Assembly: GCA_964613905.1 (NCBI GenBank)
Contig: CAZTIV010000010.1
Location: 1 to 60,607, forward strand
Direction of reading: 5' to 3'
DNA: 60,607 bases
Source of the DNA: an uncultured Gemmatimonadaceae bacterium
Lineage (GTDB): Bacteria > Gemmatimonadota > Gemmatimonadetes > Gemmatimonadales > GWC2-71-9
In this document: one piece after another, positions 36,689 through 45,618 of the stretch
Position numbering within the stretch: the first letter of the stretch is position 1
Layout: each line of letters opens with the position of its first letter
Notes under the pieces: generated by a model
The model's database searches: none
What the model was told of the DNA's origin: nothing
What the model saw: the letters and a program-made list of their open reading frames with translations, nothing else
Program-made: the position numbers and the translations under genes

Positions 36689-37899
36689 CGGTTGAAGTCC
36701 ACCCGCGGTACGTACGCAATCCGAACCACCGGTCCCAAAGTCGGATGTTCACTCGAATGGAACCTCAGTTCGGCCGTGCTGCCGCCTTCTCCAAACTCTA
36801 CGCGAAGCGCTATGGTCCGTGGCAGTTGCTCGAAGACCTGCCACCGTCTGAAAAGGTCCGTAACGTCTATCTCTACGACATCCGTACTCCCCGCCGCCAC
36901 CCGTGTCGTACGCAGCGCTATCGAGTCCGACGGAACCGGAACGAGCGGTGACTTGGCTCCAAAATCGCTTGCCAGTCCGTGCGCTATGACAGAAAGTGAG
37001 TCTCCAATTACCCCAACTACGGGCTCGGACGGAACGAGCAGCAGGGTGGCTCCCACAATCCTCGCGGTATCGAGAATGTGCGGAGGGATCGTGGCCCTCA
37101 ACATGACCCGTGCCGCCGGGGACCCACCCACCGCCAGAACTCCGGGCGGCTCGCCGCCACTCAGCTGAGCCGGCACAAACACGTCGGCGATCACTGTGCG
37201 ATTATCCGAGCGCTCGACCAGAGTACCGGCCGAATCGATCGTCACGTACCGCGTGATCTCCGCCATATTGCCGTGTTCCCGGGTACCCAGCGAAGCGAAA
37301 GTCGAATTGGCCGCCCTGAGTCCCACACCGATAACGAACTGCAGCGAGTCATCCTCGAGCGTGGGGAAGACGTCGGGAAGCACCATCGCCCCGAAACGAC
37401 CGGAAGCAAGGGTATCGTCAACTGCTATCGCCGCGATCAGGGTGCTGTCGGCAAAGAAGGGATCGAGCTCCTCGAAAGTCTCGGTACCGTCCATGGTGGC
37501 CGGCAGGCGGAACACCAGCAGCTCCAGATCGGCCACCGGCCCCCTCCGCAGCAGCGGCAACGTTATCCGGAACGAGTCCAGCTCAACTACCGGTACCTCG
37601 AAGAAGTTTTCCACGAATCCCAATGGAAAGCGGGCAAACCGAATTACCCCACGGCTCACCAACGGTCCAACGTCGTCCGTGGTTACGTACATCGCCGAGG
37701 CATCTTTTCGATCAACATAGCTCCGAAAGGTGCTGTCCTGAGCGACGTGTGCGAGGAGCAGTGTGTCGACCACCGTGATTGAACCCACGGGGCAATATTC
37801 AGGGCAGGTTCCCGGCCCTCCCAGTCGGTCGGCACAACCCGCCGTTCCAAGCAGCGCCGCCGCTACTCCACCGGAAATCAGGTATCGTGTATTCAGCAT
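36685..37899 (-). CDS. Hypothetical lipoprotein
   Basis: ORF 36685..37899. It has the lipobox LLGTAGC, and I recognise no domain. Its stop overlaps the start of the barrel gene (ATGA). Confidence 0.6.
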   Translation of the reverse strand: MLNTRYLISGGVAAALLGTAGCADRLGGPGTCPEYCPVGSITVVDTLLLAHVAQDSTFRSYVDRKDASAMYVTTDDVGPLVSRGVIRFARFPLGFVENFFEVPVVELDSFRITLPLLRRGPVADLELLVFRLPATMDGTETFEELDPFFADSTLIAAIAVDDTLASGRFGAMVLPDVFPTLEDDSLQFVIGVGLRAANSTFASLGTREHGNMAEITRYVTIDSAGTLVERSDNRTVIADVFVPAQLSGGEPPGVLAVGGSPAARVMLRATIPPHILDTARIVGATLLLVPSEPVVGVIGDSLSVIAHGLASDFGAKSPLVPVPSDSIALRTTRVAAGSTDVVEIDVTDLFRRWQVFEQLPRTIALRVEFGEGGSTAELRFHSSEHPTLGPVVRIAYVPRVDFNR

Positions 37900-37906
37900 C
37901 CGTCCT

Positions 37907-38302
37907 TCAATATGTCTTCATGTCCTCGGGACCGAAGCGGTCCGGTAACAGCCTCTCCAGGTGCCACTCTCGGCTCCCTTCGCGACCCAGCGATTGAACA
38001 ATCATGTCATTGCCACCAAACTCGGCCAGCACCTGCCGGCACGCTCCGCAGGGCGGCGTGGGAGACTCCGCATCCGTCACCACAACGACGCGAACCAGAC
38101 GGCGCACACCAGCCCCTGCTGCTGCGACAACCGCCGACCGTTCCGCGCAGATTGTAAGGCCGAACGAGGCGTTCTCCACATTCGCCCCGGCGAACACCCG
38201 GCCATCCTCCGCCTCCACCGCTGCACCGACCCGGAAACCGCTGTAGGGCGCATAGGCCGATTCTCTTGCGGCCCGGGCGGCGGCCACCAGAGCATCATCC
38301 AT
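37907..38302 (-). CDS. cdd: Cytidine deaminase
   Basis: ORF 37907..38302. SGFRVGAA, the zinc site CAERSA...PCGACRQ. Confidence 0.9.
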   Translation of the reverse strand: MDDALVAAARAARESAYAPYSGFRVGAAVEAEDGRVFAGANVENASFGLTICAERSAVVAAAGAGVRRLVRVVVVTDAESPTPPCGACRQVLAEFGGNDMIVQSLGREGSREWHLERLLPDRFGPEDMKTY

Positions 38303-39459
38303 CAGTTCAGCTCCCGGAGGAACGACCGCCCCACCCCTGCCTCAATACCAAAGTACTCGGCCGCCGTGGCGCCCACGTCGGCATATGTCTCGCGTGTGCC
38401 CAGTTCCGCCGCACGCACTCCCGGTCCCAGCGCAAGTACCGGCACGGCCTCCCGGGAATGATCCGTGGACGGCGTCGTGGGATCGTTGCCGTGGTCGGCT
38501 GTCAGGATCATCACATCTCCCGGTCTCAACCGATCGACCAGATCGGGCAGGGCCACGTCCAGTTCTGCCAGCCCCTTATGAAACCCCCCAACGTCGTTCC
38601 GGTGCCCCCACGACTGATCGAACTCTATCACGTTTGCCAGCAGGAGCCCCCCCTCCATCTGGTCCAGCTCCTCCGCGATCAACCGGTAGGCCTCGGAATT
38701 AGTGGACGTGTGCCGGCTCGTGATCCCCCGCCCGGCGAAGAGATCGTCGACCTTTCCCACACCGACTCGCGGCACCCCGGCATCCGCCAGCCGGTCCAGC
38801 AACGTCGGTTCCGGGGCCGCAAGCGAAAAGTCGCGACGGTGAGTCGTCCGGCGAAAGCCCCCCGGCTCACCCACAAAGGGGCGGGCAATGACCCGAGCCA
38901 CGCCATGTTCTCCGCTCAGAATTTCTCGCGCCGCCTCGCAGGCCGCGTACAGTTCGGAAAGCGGCACCACCTCCTCGTGAGCCGCTACCTGAAAGACGCT
39001 GTCACCCGACGTGTAGACGATCCATCTGCCGCTCGCCACATGCTCCACCCCCAGGTCCTCGATGATGGCCGTGCCGGACGCGGCACGATTGCCCAGCACG
39101 CCACGCCCCGTGCGTCGCGCGAAGGCATCAAGGACCTCCTGCGGGAATCCATCCGGATACGTCGGGAATGGACGGTCGAGCACAACTCCGCAGAGTTCCC
39201 AGTGCCCGCTGGTGCTGTCCTTCCCGTGAGACCGGGGGAACAATACTCCGTGGGCAGCAGCCGGCGAAGAACACCTGAGACCTTCAACCGGCCGACAGCA
39301 CCCAAGGCCCAACGACTCCAGGTAGGGTAGACTCAGTCCGCCCACCGCTCGCGCGACATTCCCCAACGTGTCGCTCCCCGTATCGCCATAGTCAGCCTGA
39401 TCGGGACACCAGCCCACACCCAGGCCATCGAGCACGATTACGGCAAGCCGGCCCGGCAC
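38302..39459 (-). CDS. deoB: Phosphopentomutase
   Basis: ORF 38302..39546 trimmed to the GTG at 39459, 5 nt after the alr stop. The N-terminus (M)[15 protein letters not shown] matches DeoB, and TADHGNDPT is present near the C-terminus. Confidence 0.85.
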   Translation of the reverse strand: MPGRLAVIVLDGLGVGWCPDQADYGDTGSDTLGNVARAVGGLSLPYLESLGLGCCRPVEGLRCSSPAAAHGVLFPRSHGKDSTSGHWELCGVVLDRPFPTYPDGFPQEVLDAFARRTGRGVLGNRAASGTAIIEDLGVEHVASGRWIVYTSGDSVFQVAAHEEVVPLSELYAACEAAREILSGEHGVARVIARPFVGEPGGFRRTTHRRDFSLAAPEPTLLDRLADAGVPRVGVGKVDDLFAGRGITSRHTSTNSEAYRLIAEELDQMEGGLLLANVIEFDQSWGHRNDVGGFHKGLAELDVALPDLVDRLRPGDVMILTADHGNDPTTPSTDHSREAVPVLALGPGVRAAELGTRETYADVGATAAEYFGIEAGVGRSFLRELN

Positions 39460-39463
39460 TGTC

Positions 39464-40516
39464 CTACCTGCTCCGGTACTCACGGGCAAGGCGCGGTCCG
39501 AGTCTGGCAAGGATCTCCAGCGAAATCGTCTCCGCCCACCCGGCAAACTCGTCCACTGTGATCTCCGCTGCGCCGTCGCGTCCGATTACGGTAGCAACGT
39601 CACCCACACGCACCGGCGCGTCACCCACGTCAATCATGATGAAATCCATTGTTATCCGACCAACCACCGGATAACGCGCGCCGCCCACGAGTACCTGAGT
39701 GCCGGGGCCAATCCCGCGCGGAATCCCATCGGCGTAGCCGATCCCGACGGTGGCAACGACTGTCTGCCGCTTCGCGGACCATTCGCCGCCGTAGCTCACC
39801 GTGTCACCGGCGTTGAGCCGTCGCAGGCTCGTTACCGGGGCCCTGACCGACGCCACCGGAAGCGGCGGCGGAAGGTCGGGCGCGGCGAGCCCTCCGTACA
39901 GGAATATGCCGGGCCGGACCAGATCAAAGTGGTCCGTTAGCCTGAAGCACGCCGCACTGTTGGCCACATGTACCAGCCTGGGCCGCCGGTCAGATCCATG
40001 GAGCACAGCGCGAAACCGGTTCAGCTGCGTTGTCATCGATCCAGGCGTCTCATCTGCCGCCATGAAGTGCGTGTAGATCCCTTCAGCGTGCTCCGTCAGG
40101 CACGCAGCCAACCGCACGGGATCGTCCCAGCGCACACCGCAGCGTCCCATTCCGGTATCCACCTCCACGTGGAACGGCACGTCCCAGGTTGCGGCAACCT
40201 CGGGGTCGTCGATCATCGCCCGCAGATCGTGTTGCCGGTAAGCGCGCAGGTCGGCGAAAGTGACAGGACTGACCACAAGTATGGGTCTCGTAATCCCAGC
40301 CACACGCAGTTCTACGGCCTCCGGAACCGTGGCCACACCGTATCCCCACGGGTCGAGCGTGTCGAGGGCTCGCACGCAAGGTACCGCGCCGAGCCCGTAA
40401 GCATCCGCTTTCACCATGGGAAGGAGGCGGGCGCCGCGAACGGCGGCCTGCACGGTTCGCGCGTTGGCAGCCAGGTTGGCAAGGTCGATCTCGACCCACG
40501 CGCGGTTTGTGCGCAC
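39464..40516 (-). CDS. alr: Alanine racemase
   Basis: ORF 39464..40708. AWVEIDLANLAANA and the PLP site LPMVKADAYGLG are present. In-frame GTGs lie at 40534, 40528 and 40516. 40516 is chosen by the usual distance to the WVEIDL motif, so the start is uncertain by up to 18 nt. Confidence 0.8.
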   Translation of the reverse strand: MRTNRAWVEIDLANLAANARTVQAAVRGARLLPMVKADAYGLGAVPCVRALDTLDPWGYGVATVPEAVELRVAGITRPILVVSPVTFADLRAYRQHDLRAMIDDPEVAATWDVPFHVEVDTGMGRCGVRWDDPVRLAACLTEHAEGIYTHFMAADETPGSMTTQLNRFRAVLHGSDRRPRLVHVANSAACFRLTDHFDLVRPGIFLYGGLAAPDLPPPLPVASVRAPVTSLRRLNAGDTVSYGGEWSAKRQTVVATVGIGYADGIPRGIGPGTQVLVGGARYPVVGRITMDFIMIDVGDAPVRVGDVATVIGRDGAAEITVDEFAGWAETISLEILARLGPRLAREYRSR

Positions 40517-40546
40517 TCGATTTGACACCGTCACGATCGGGCCGGT

Positions 40547-40575
40547 ATTGTACCGGCAAGAGGAGCCAAATGCAA
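40547..40575 (-). promoter_or_regulatory. Candidate sigma-70-like promoter for alr
   Basis: The minus strand reads TTGCAT, a 17-nt spacer, then TACAAT. The -35 hexamer is the reverse complement of the mazG start codon plus the next codon. The -10 ends 12 nt before the GTG at 40534. Pattern match only. Confidence 0.25.
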
Positions 40576-41376
40576 GCACCGTCAGCGCTTGGACGCGTCG
40601 TTGAACTTGTGCGTGACCTGCGGCAACGATGCCCGTGGGACCGGGCACAAACCAGAGAAACTCTTCGTCCGTACTTCGTGGAAGAGGCTCTGGAACTGGA
40701 TCAGGCAATGGGCACGGGCACCCCGGCTGAACTCCGGGCCGAACTGGGAGACGTGCTCCTGCACGTTGCCTTCCAGATCGTATTGGCGGAGGAACAGGGG
40801 CTGTTTGGCGGTGAAGATCTCACGCGGGCGGTAGAGGAGAAGATGTGGAGGAGGCATCCGCACCTCTTCCCTGCCGCTGCACGTCATCCGGCAGGAGGCG
40901 GAGTGCGGCAGGAGAGTATCACGGCAGACCACGTTGCGGCGCGGTGGGAGTCACACAAACGCGCCGAACGACCTGAAGATGCGAGTGTACTGGACGGGCT
41001 GCCCATAACCATGCCGGCGCTCGTGATGGCCTACCGCCTTCAGGAGAAGGCGGCCGGCGTGGGGTTCGACTGGCCTGATCTGCGGGGACCTCTGGCCAAG
41101 GTGCATGAGGAGCTGGACGAAGTGACGGCAGAACTGGATGACTCAGACAGCAGGGCCCTTGAGGCCGAGATCGGCGACCTGCTCTTCGCCGTCGTGAACC
41201 TGGCCCGCAAGTCCGGTGTGGATCCGCGCGCCGCACTCGAAACAGCCAACCGCCGCTTCACCGAACGCTTCCGCGCCATCGAACGGCTCTGCAAGGAACG
41301 CGGGATCGACATTCACTCGGCGGGACTGGAAGTACTGGACAACCTGTGGGAGGAAGCTAAAGCGACCGAGGGCTGA
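40570..41376 (+). CDS. mazG: Nucleoside triphosphate pyrophosphohydrolase MazG
   Basis: ORF 40507..41376 trimmed to the ATG at 40570, which is preceded by AAGAGGAG. LRQRCPWDRAQTRETLRPYFVEEALEL, ELGDVLLHV and a second EIGDLLFAVVNLAR repeat mark a tandem MazG domain. Confidence 0.85.
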   Translation: MQAPSALGRVVELVRDLRQRCPWDRAQTRETLRPYFVEEALELDQAMGTGTPAELRAELGDVLLHVAFQIVLAEEQGLFGGEDLTRAVEEKMWRRHPHLFPAAARHPAGGGVRQESITADHVAARWESHKRAERPEDASVLDGLPITMPALVMAYRLQEKAAGVGFDWPDLRGPLAKVHEELDEVTAELDDSDSRALEAEIGDLLFAVVNLARKSGVDPRAALETANRRFTERFRAIERLCKERGIDIHSAGLEVLDNLWEEAKATEG

Positions 41377-41404
41377 GGAGAGCGGCATTGAACTCCGCTG
41401 CTGC

Positions 41405-42703
41405 TCACGGATAAAGCCTGTGCATCTGCCTCGGGAACGCTATCGCCTCCCTCACGTGCGGTATCCCACAGATCCAAGCCACTGTCCGCTCGATTCCCAA
41501 CCCGAAACCTGAGTGGACGAACGTACCGTACTTCCGCAGATCCAGATACCAGCCGTACGCACTCTCGGGCAGACCCTGCTCGCGGATCCTCGTCAGCAGG
41601 CGATCATAATCGTCTTCCCTCTGGCTCCCGCCGATTATCTCACCATAACCTTCCGGCGCGAGACAGTCGTTGTTGAGCACGGTGCGCGGATCGTCGGGGT
41701 TCTCCTTCATGTAGAACGCCTTGACCTCGCGCGGGTAGTTGTACACGAATACCGGGCGGTCGTACTGCCTTGCCAGCAGCGTTTCCTCGTCTCCCCCCAG
41801 ATCCCTGCCCCATTCGATGTCGCCGCCCAGCGCCTTGAGGCGCGCCACTGCGTCGGTGTACGAGATCCTGTGGAACGGCGGCTGCACCAGCTCCAGCGGT
41901 GCCGTATCCCGCTCGAGCTCCGCCAGTTCGTCCTTGCGGCGCTCGACCGTACGCGCCACCACATAGCTCACAAACTCTTCCTGGAGCCGCATGTTGGCTT
42001 CGGAGTCATTCCATGCCACTTCGGGCTCTACCATCCAGAACTCCGCAAGATGGCGCCGCGTCTTCGATTTCTCGGCGCGGAAGGTGGGACCGAAGCAGTA
42101 CACACGGCCCAATGCCGCCGCTGCTGCCTCCAGGTAGAGTTGGCCGGTCTGGGCCAGATAGGCCTTTCCAAGATCGAAATAGTCGGTCTCGAACAGCGAT
42201 CCCGCCGATTCGCCGATCGAGCCGGTCAGCAGAGGAGTGTCCACCAGATAGAAGTTGCGCTCGTAGAAGAAATCGCGTATGGCCTGGATCACCTCGTGGC
42301 GCACTTTCATGATGGCTACCTGGCGCCGACTGCGCAGCCAGAGATGCCGATGTTCGAACAGAAAGGCAGTCCCATGTTCCTTGGGCGTTATGGGAAAGTC
42401 CCGGCTCTCTCCCAGAATCACGAGCCCGGTGACGGAAAGCTCGACTCCACCGGGTGAGCGTTTGTCCGCGCGCACGGTTCCCGTGCACGCCACCGCCGTC
42501 TCCTGTGTGAGCCCCCCAAAGGCATCCCACACCTCCGGCGAAATCTCCTTCTGAACGAACACTGTCTGGAGGTAACCCGATCCGTCGCGAAGTACGGCAA
42601 ACCCGATTTTGCCGCTCGATCGGGTGGTCGTCAGCCAACCGCGCACCGTCACCGTCCCGCCAACGTGCGCCGGCAGGTCCGATATCCGCAACAGATCTGT
42701 CAT
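41405..42703 (-). CDS. asnS: Asparagine--tRNA ligase
   Basis: ORF 41405..42703, 432 aa. It has an OB anticodon-binding N-terminus (VTVRGWLTTTRSSGKIGFAVLRDGSG) and class IIb motifs (FRAEKSKTRRHLAEFWMVEPE, GGSQRED, GFGLGIER). Confidence 0.9.
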   Translation of the reverse strand: MTDLLRISDLPAHVGGTVTVRGWLTTTRSSGKIGFAVLRDGSGYLQTVFVQKEISPEVWDAFGGLTQETAVACTGTVRADKRSPGGVELSVTGLVILGESRDFPITPKEHGTAFLFEHRHLWLRSRRQVAIMKVRHEVIQAIRDFFYERNFYLVDTPLLTGSIGESAGSLFETDYFDLGKAYLAQTGQLYLEAAAAALGRVYCFGPTFRAEKSKTRRHLAEFWMVEPEVAWNDSEANMRLQEEFVSYVVARTVERRKDELAELERDTAPLELVQPPFHRISYTDAVARLKALGGDIEWGRDLGGDEETLLARQYDRPVFVYNYPREVKAFYMKENPDDPRTVLNNDCLAPEGYGEIIGGSQREDDYDRLLTRIREQGLPESAYGWYLDLRKYGTFVHSGFGLGIERTVAWICGIPHVREAIAFPRQMHRLYP

Positions 42704-42715
42704 GGGGCGCGAATC

Positions 42716-45145
42716 CTATGTCTCGCCGTCTGGAGTGTCAACGAGCGCCGGCGGTTCTCCGGCAAGGCGGCGTACCTGTGCTATTACCTGGGTCATATCG
42801 GCCGGTTTGGTCAGGAGCTCGGCGTTGACCTCAGCCAGTCCCGCATTCAGCTCCGGAACCGCATGGCCCGTCATCATGATGGCAGGAACTCCCGCAAGAC
42901 CCGGAAGAGATCTGACCTCGCGGAGCAGTGCCATGCCATCCATTCCGGGCATGTGCCAGTCCGTCAGTATCAGGGTGGGCGCCCGTTCGCGGGCCATCTG
43001 CAGTCCGGCATCTCCCGTTGCGGCTTCCAGGCAGGCGTAGCCGGCGTGCCGGAGCGCCCGTCCGAAGGCTCGTCTCACCGCTGGATCGTCGTCCACCAGC
43101 AGTATCAGCGGACGCCTGGGCCTGGTGGCCAGTTGCCTGCCCTCTTCCAGCACTTGGTCGATGTCGTCCAACACCCACCCGTCCGCCCCGTACGTGAGGA
43201 GATCTCCCTCTTGTCTGCCCCGCCCAACCAGAAGCACCGGAGTGTCTGCACATGCTGGTATACTGCGCAGGCGTTGCACGAACTCGAGTCCGTGCATGTC
43301 GGCCAGCTCCACTCCCACCACGATCAGGTCGTTCTCCTGCTGAGTGGCCGCTTCGAGGCCCGCGGTTCCTGTGGGTACCGAAGTCACCTCCCATCCCTCC
43401 GCCTTGATCCTTGCCGTCAGCAGGTAGCGCCTGTCGGCATCCTTCTCCGTTACCAGCACGCGCAGTCCTGTGGGGGCACCGTCTACGGCCGTGAGCTCCG
43501 CGGTACGCCTGACCCTGGCCGCGGTAGGCAGGCGCACGAAGAACGTGGATCCCTCCTCCAGCCGACTGGTTGCCCACAACGCACCACCGAAGTGTTCGAC
43601 TATGCGCCGGCTGATCGTCAAGCCGAGTCCCGCACCACCGTGTGCCCGCGTCCCAGCGTCCTCCAGCTGCCGGAACTTCTCGAAGATGACCTCCAGCTGG
43701 CCCTCCGGAATTCCCGGTCCCTGATCCCGGACCTCGATTGTGGTCCACGTCTCGTCACCGGACCATCCGACCGATACACGGCCGCCCGATGGGGAGAACT
43801 TCACCGCATTGGATACCAGATTCACGACCACCTGCTCCAGCCGGTCCTCATCCGCCACCACAGTAGCGCTCTCGCTCGACGGCAGAACCTCCAGTCCAAC
43901 ACCGCGCCCATCGGAGAAGGCCCTGACTGCGTCCAGTCCACGCTCCACCACCTTCGCCACGATCACAGGGGCCATGGTGGTGACCATACGGCCACTTTCG
44001 ATTCTCGAGAGGTCGAGAAGATCGTTCACCAGACGTATCAGCCGGTCCAGATTCCGGAGACCGATCTCCAGCAGACCTTTCATCTCGGGGCTTATCTCGC
44101 CCGCCGTGCCACGCATCAGGAGATCCAGCGAGGTTTTTACCGAGGTCAGCGGAGTACGCAGCTCGTGACTGACTATTGACACGAACTCGTTCTTGGCTGC
44201 CTCGGCCTGAGCCTCACTGGTCACATCCCGATAGAGCACCAGGTGCCCGAGCGTCTCACCGTCGGTGCCCAGAACCGGAGATACGGTCCGCTGGCACGTG
44301 AGTTTGCGAGGGAACGTCAGCAGCACCCTGTCCTGCAGTTTCCCGCCTTCGTTGATCGCTGTCACCTGTGCATCCAGCGCGGTCGGGTCCGCGAGTGCTC
44401 CAGCCAGGGCCCGGTGCACCTGCTCCAGGGAACCACCAACCACGACCTCCGACGGGAGACCAAGAATCTGGGCCATACCCCGGTTCACGTACGCCACCCG
44501 TCCCTCGCTCACCATCAGCAGCGCCACATCGGTAGCCTCGACCAGAGCTTCCAACCGCCTTCTCTCCGATTCGGCAGCCGCATGCTCCCGGGCGGCCCGG
44601 TCGCTCTCCTGCCGGATAGTGGAGAGCAGCCTGGAGTAATAGAGCGACGTCTCGATCTGTCGAGCCAGAAGCTGGGCCAGCTCCAGATCCTCGTCGGTGT
44701 ACACCTTGGGGGCCGCCGCTCCCAGGTTGAGCGTGCCGATAACAGAGCTTTCCAGCCTCAGCGGCACTATCAGCGCCGATGCCCCCCCCTGGTCCGGACC
44801 CTGCAGGTCCCGGGCTCCCGGGAAAGTGTCGATACGCATTGCCCGGCCGGAGCGGATCACATCACCGGGCAGTCCATGGTCCATGGGGAAGCGGGCTTCC
44901 TGCCGGATGAAACCGCCCCGCGAACCATCGAACAGCGTATGCAGGTAGTAGCCGGACCGATCTTCCGTAACCAACAGGACGGAGGCGCGTCGGAAATCCA
45001 GCACACCTCTCAGCTTCAGGATCGCGGCCTGAAAGATCTCGTCGAGGTCGTTGGTTGTATTGATGAGGGAAGCAAGTTCCCCCACCAGAGCCAGTCGCTC
45101 CCGCCACCCCGGCGCGTCCGTCCGGGATCGGGTCCGCTTACTCAT
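42716..45145 (-). CDS. Soluble hybrid sensor histidine kinase: GAF-PAS-HisKA-HATPase-degenerate REC-REC
   Basis: ORF 42716..45307 trimmed to the ATG at 45145. No TM segment is seen. It has the H-box VSHELRTPLT, an ATPase with DQGPGIP and GGAGLGLTI, and two C-terminal receiver-like domains. The second receiver is canonical (LILTDWHMPGMDG). Confidence 0.85.
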   Translation of the reverse strand: MSKRTRSRTDAPGWRERLALVGELASLINTTNDLDEIFQAAILKLRGVLDFRRASVLLVTEDRSGYYLHTLFDGSRGGFIRQEARFPMDHGLPGDVIRSGRAMRIDTFPGARDLQGPDQGGASALIVPLRLESSVIGTLNLGAAAPKVYTDEDLELAQLLARQIETSLYYSRLLSTIRQESDRAAREHAAAESERRRLEALVEATDVALLMVSEGRVAYVNRGMAQILGLPSEVVVGGSLEQVHRALAGALADPTALDAQVTAINEGGKLQDRVLLTFPRKLTCQRTVSPVLGTDGETLGHLVLYRDVTSEAQAEAAKNEFVSIVSHELRTPLTSVKTSLDLLMRGTAGEISPEMKGLLEIGLRNLDRLIRLVNDLLDLSRIESGRMVTTMAPVIVAKVVERGLDAVRAFSDGRGVGLEVLPSSESATVVADEDRLEQVVVNLVSNAVKFSPSGGRVSVGWSGDETWTTIEVRDQGPGIPEGQLEVIFEKFRQLEDAGTRAHGGAGLGLTISRRIVEHFGGALWATSRLEEGSTFFVRLPTAARVRRTAELTAVDGAPTGLRVLVTEKDADRRYLLTARIKAEGWEVTSVPTGTAGLEAATQQENDLIVVGVELADMHGLEFVQRLRSIPACADTPVLLVGRGRQEGDLLTYGADGWVLDDIDQVLEEGRQLATRPRRPLILLVDDDPAVRRAFGRALRHAGYACLEAATGDAGLQMARERAPTLILTDWHMPGMDGMALLREVRSLPGLAGVPAIMMTGHAVPELNAGLAEVNAELLTKPADMTQVIAQVRRLAGEPPALVDTPDGET

Positions 45146-45524
45146 CAGGGGTTTTACCGCAGGTGGTTCTGATCTGATCAGCCAGCGATGCCGGATCGAA
45201 TGGCTTGAGAAGCACACCGGCCGCCCCAACAGAACTACCCCGCTCGGTGTCAACCTCGCGCCGCGCAGTGAGCAGGACGACAGGGATCGCGGCTGTGGTC
45301 GCGTCATCCTTGAGCCGGCGACACACCTCGTAGCCGTCCATGCCGGGCATCATCACGTCCAGCAGGACGGCATCGGGCATCACCTGCCGCACACCTTCAA
45401 TCCCGGAAGGTCCGTCCGGAAATGCGCTGACCTCCCAGCCCGCCAGACTCTTGAGGGTGAGCGATATGAGTATGCGGAGATCGGGATCATCGTCGATAAG
45501 CACAACCCGGAATCCCTGGGTCAT
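45138..45524 (-). CDS. Single-domain (CheY-like) response regulator
   Basis: ORF 45138..45572 trimmed to the ATG at 45524, which is preceded by GAGGAGG. VVLIDDDPDL, AVLLDVMMPGMDG, VVLLTAR and LLKPF are present. Its end overlaps the kinase start by 8 nt. Confidence 0.85.
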   Translation of the reverse strand: MTQGFRVVLIDDDPDLRILISLTLKSLAGWEVSAFPDGPSGIEGVRQVMPDAVLLDVMMPGMDGYEVCRRLKDDATTAAIPVVLLTARREVDTERGSSVGAAGVLLKPFDPASLADQIRTTCGKTPDE

Positions 45525-45618
45525 GATCAGCCTCCTCGGGGTTCCCACAAGTTCGCACGGACCGTCTCGCAAGTCTACGTGCCGCCCTCGTTGGCTCTCA
45601 GGTGGCTAATGCGGTATT

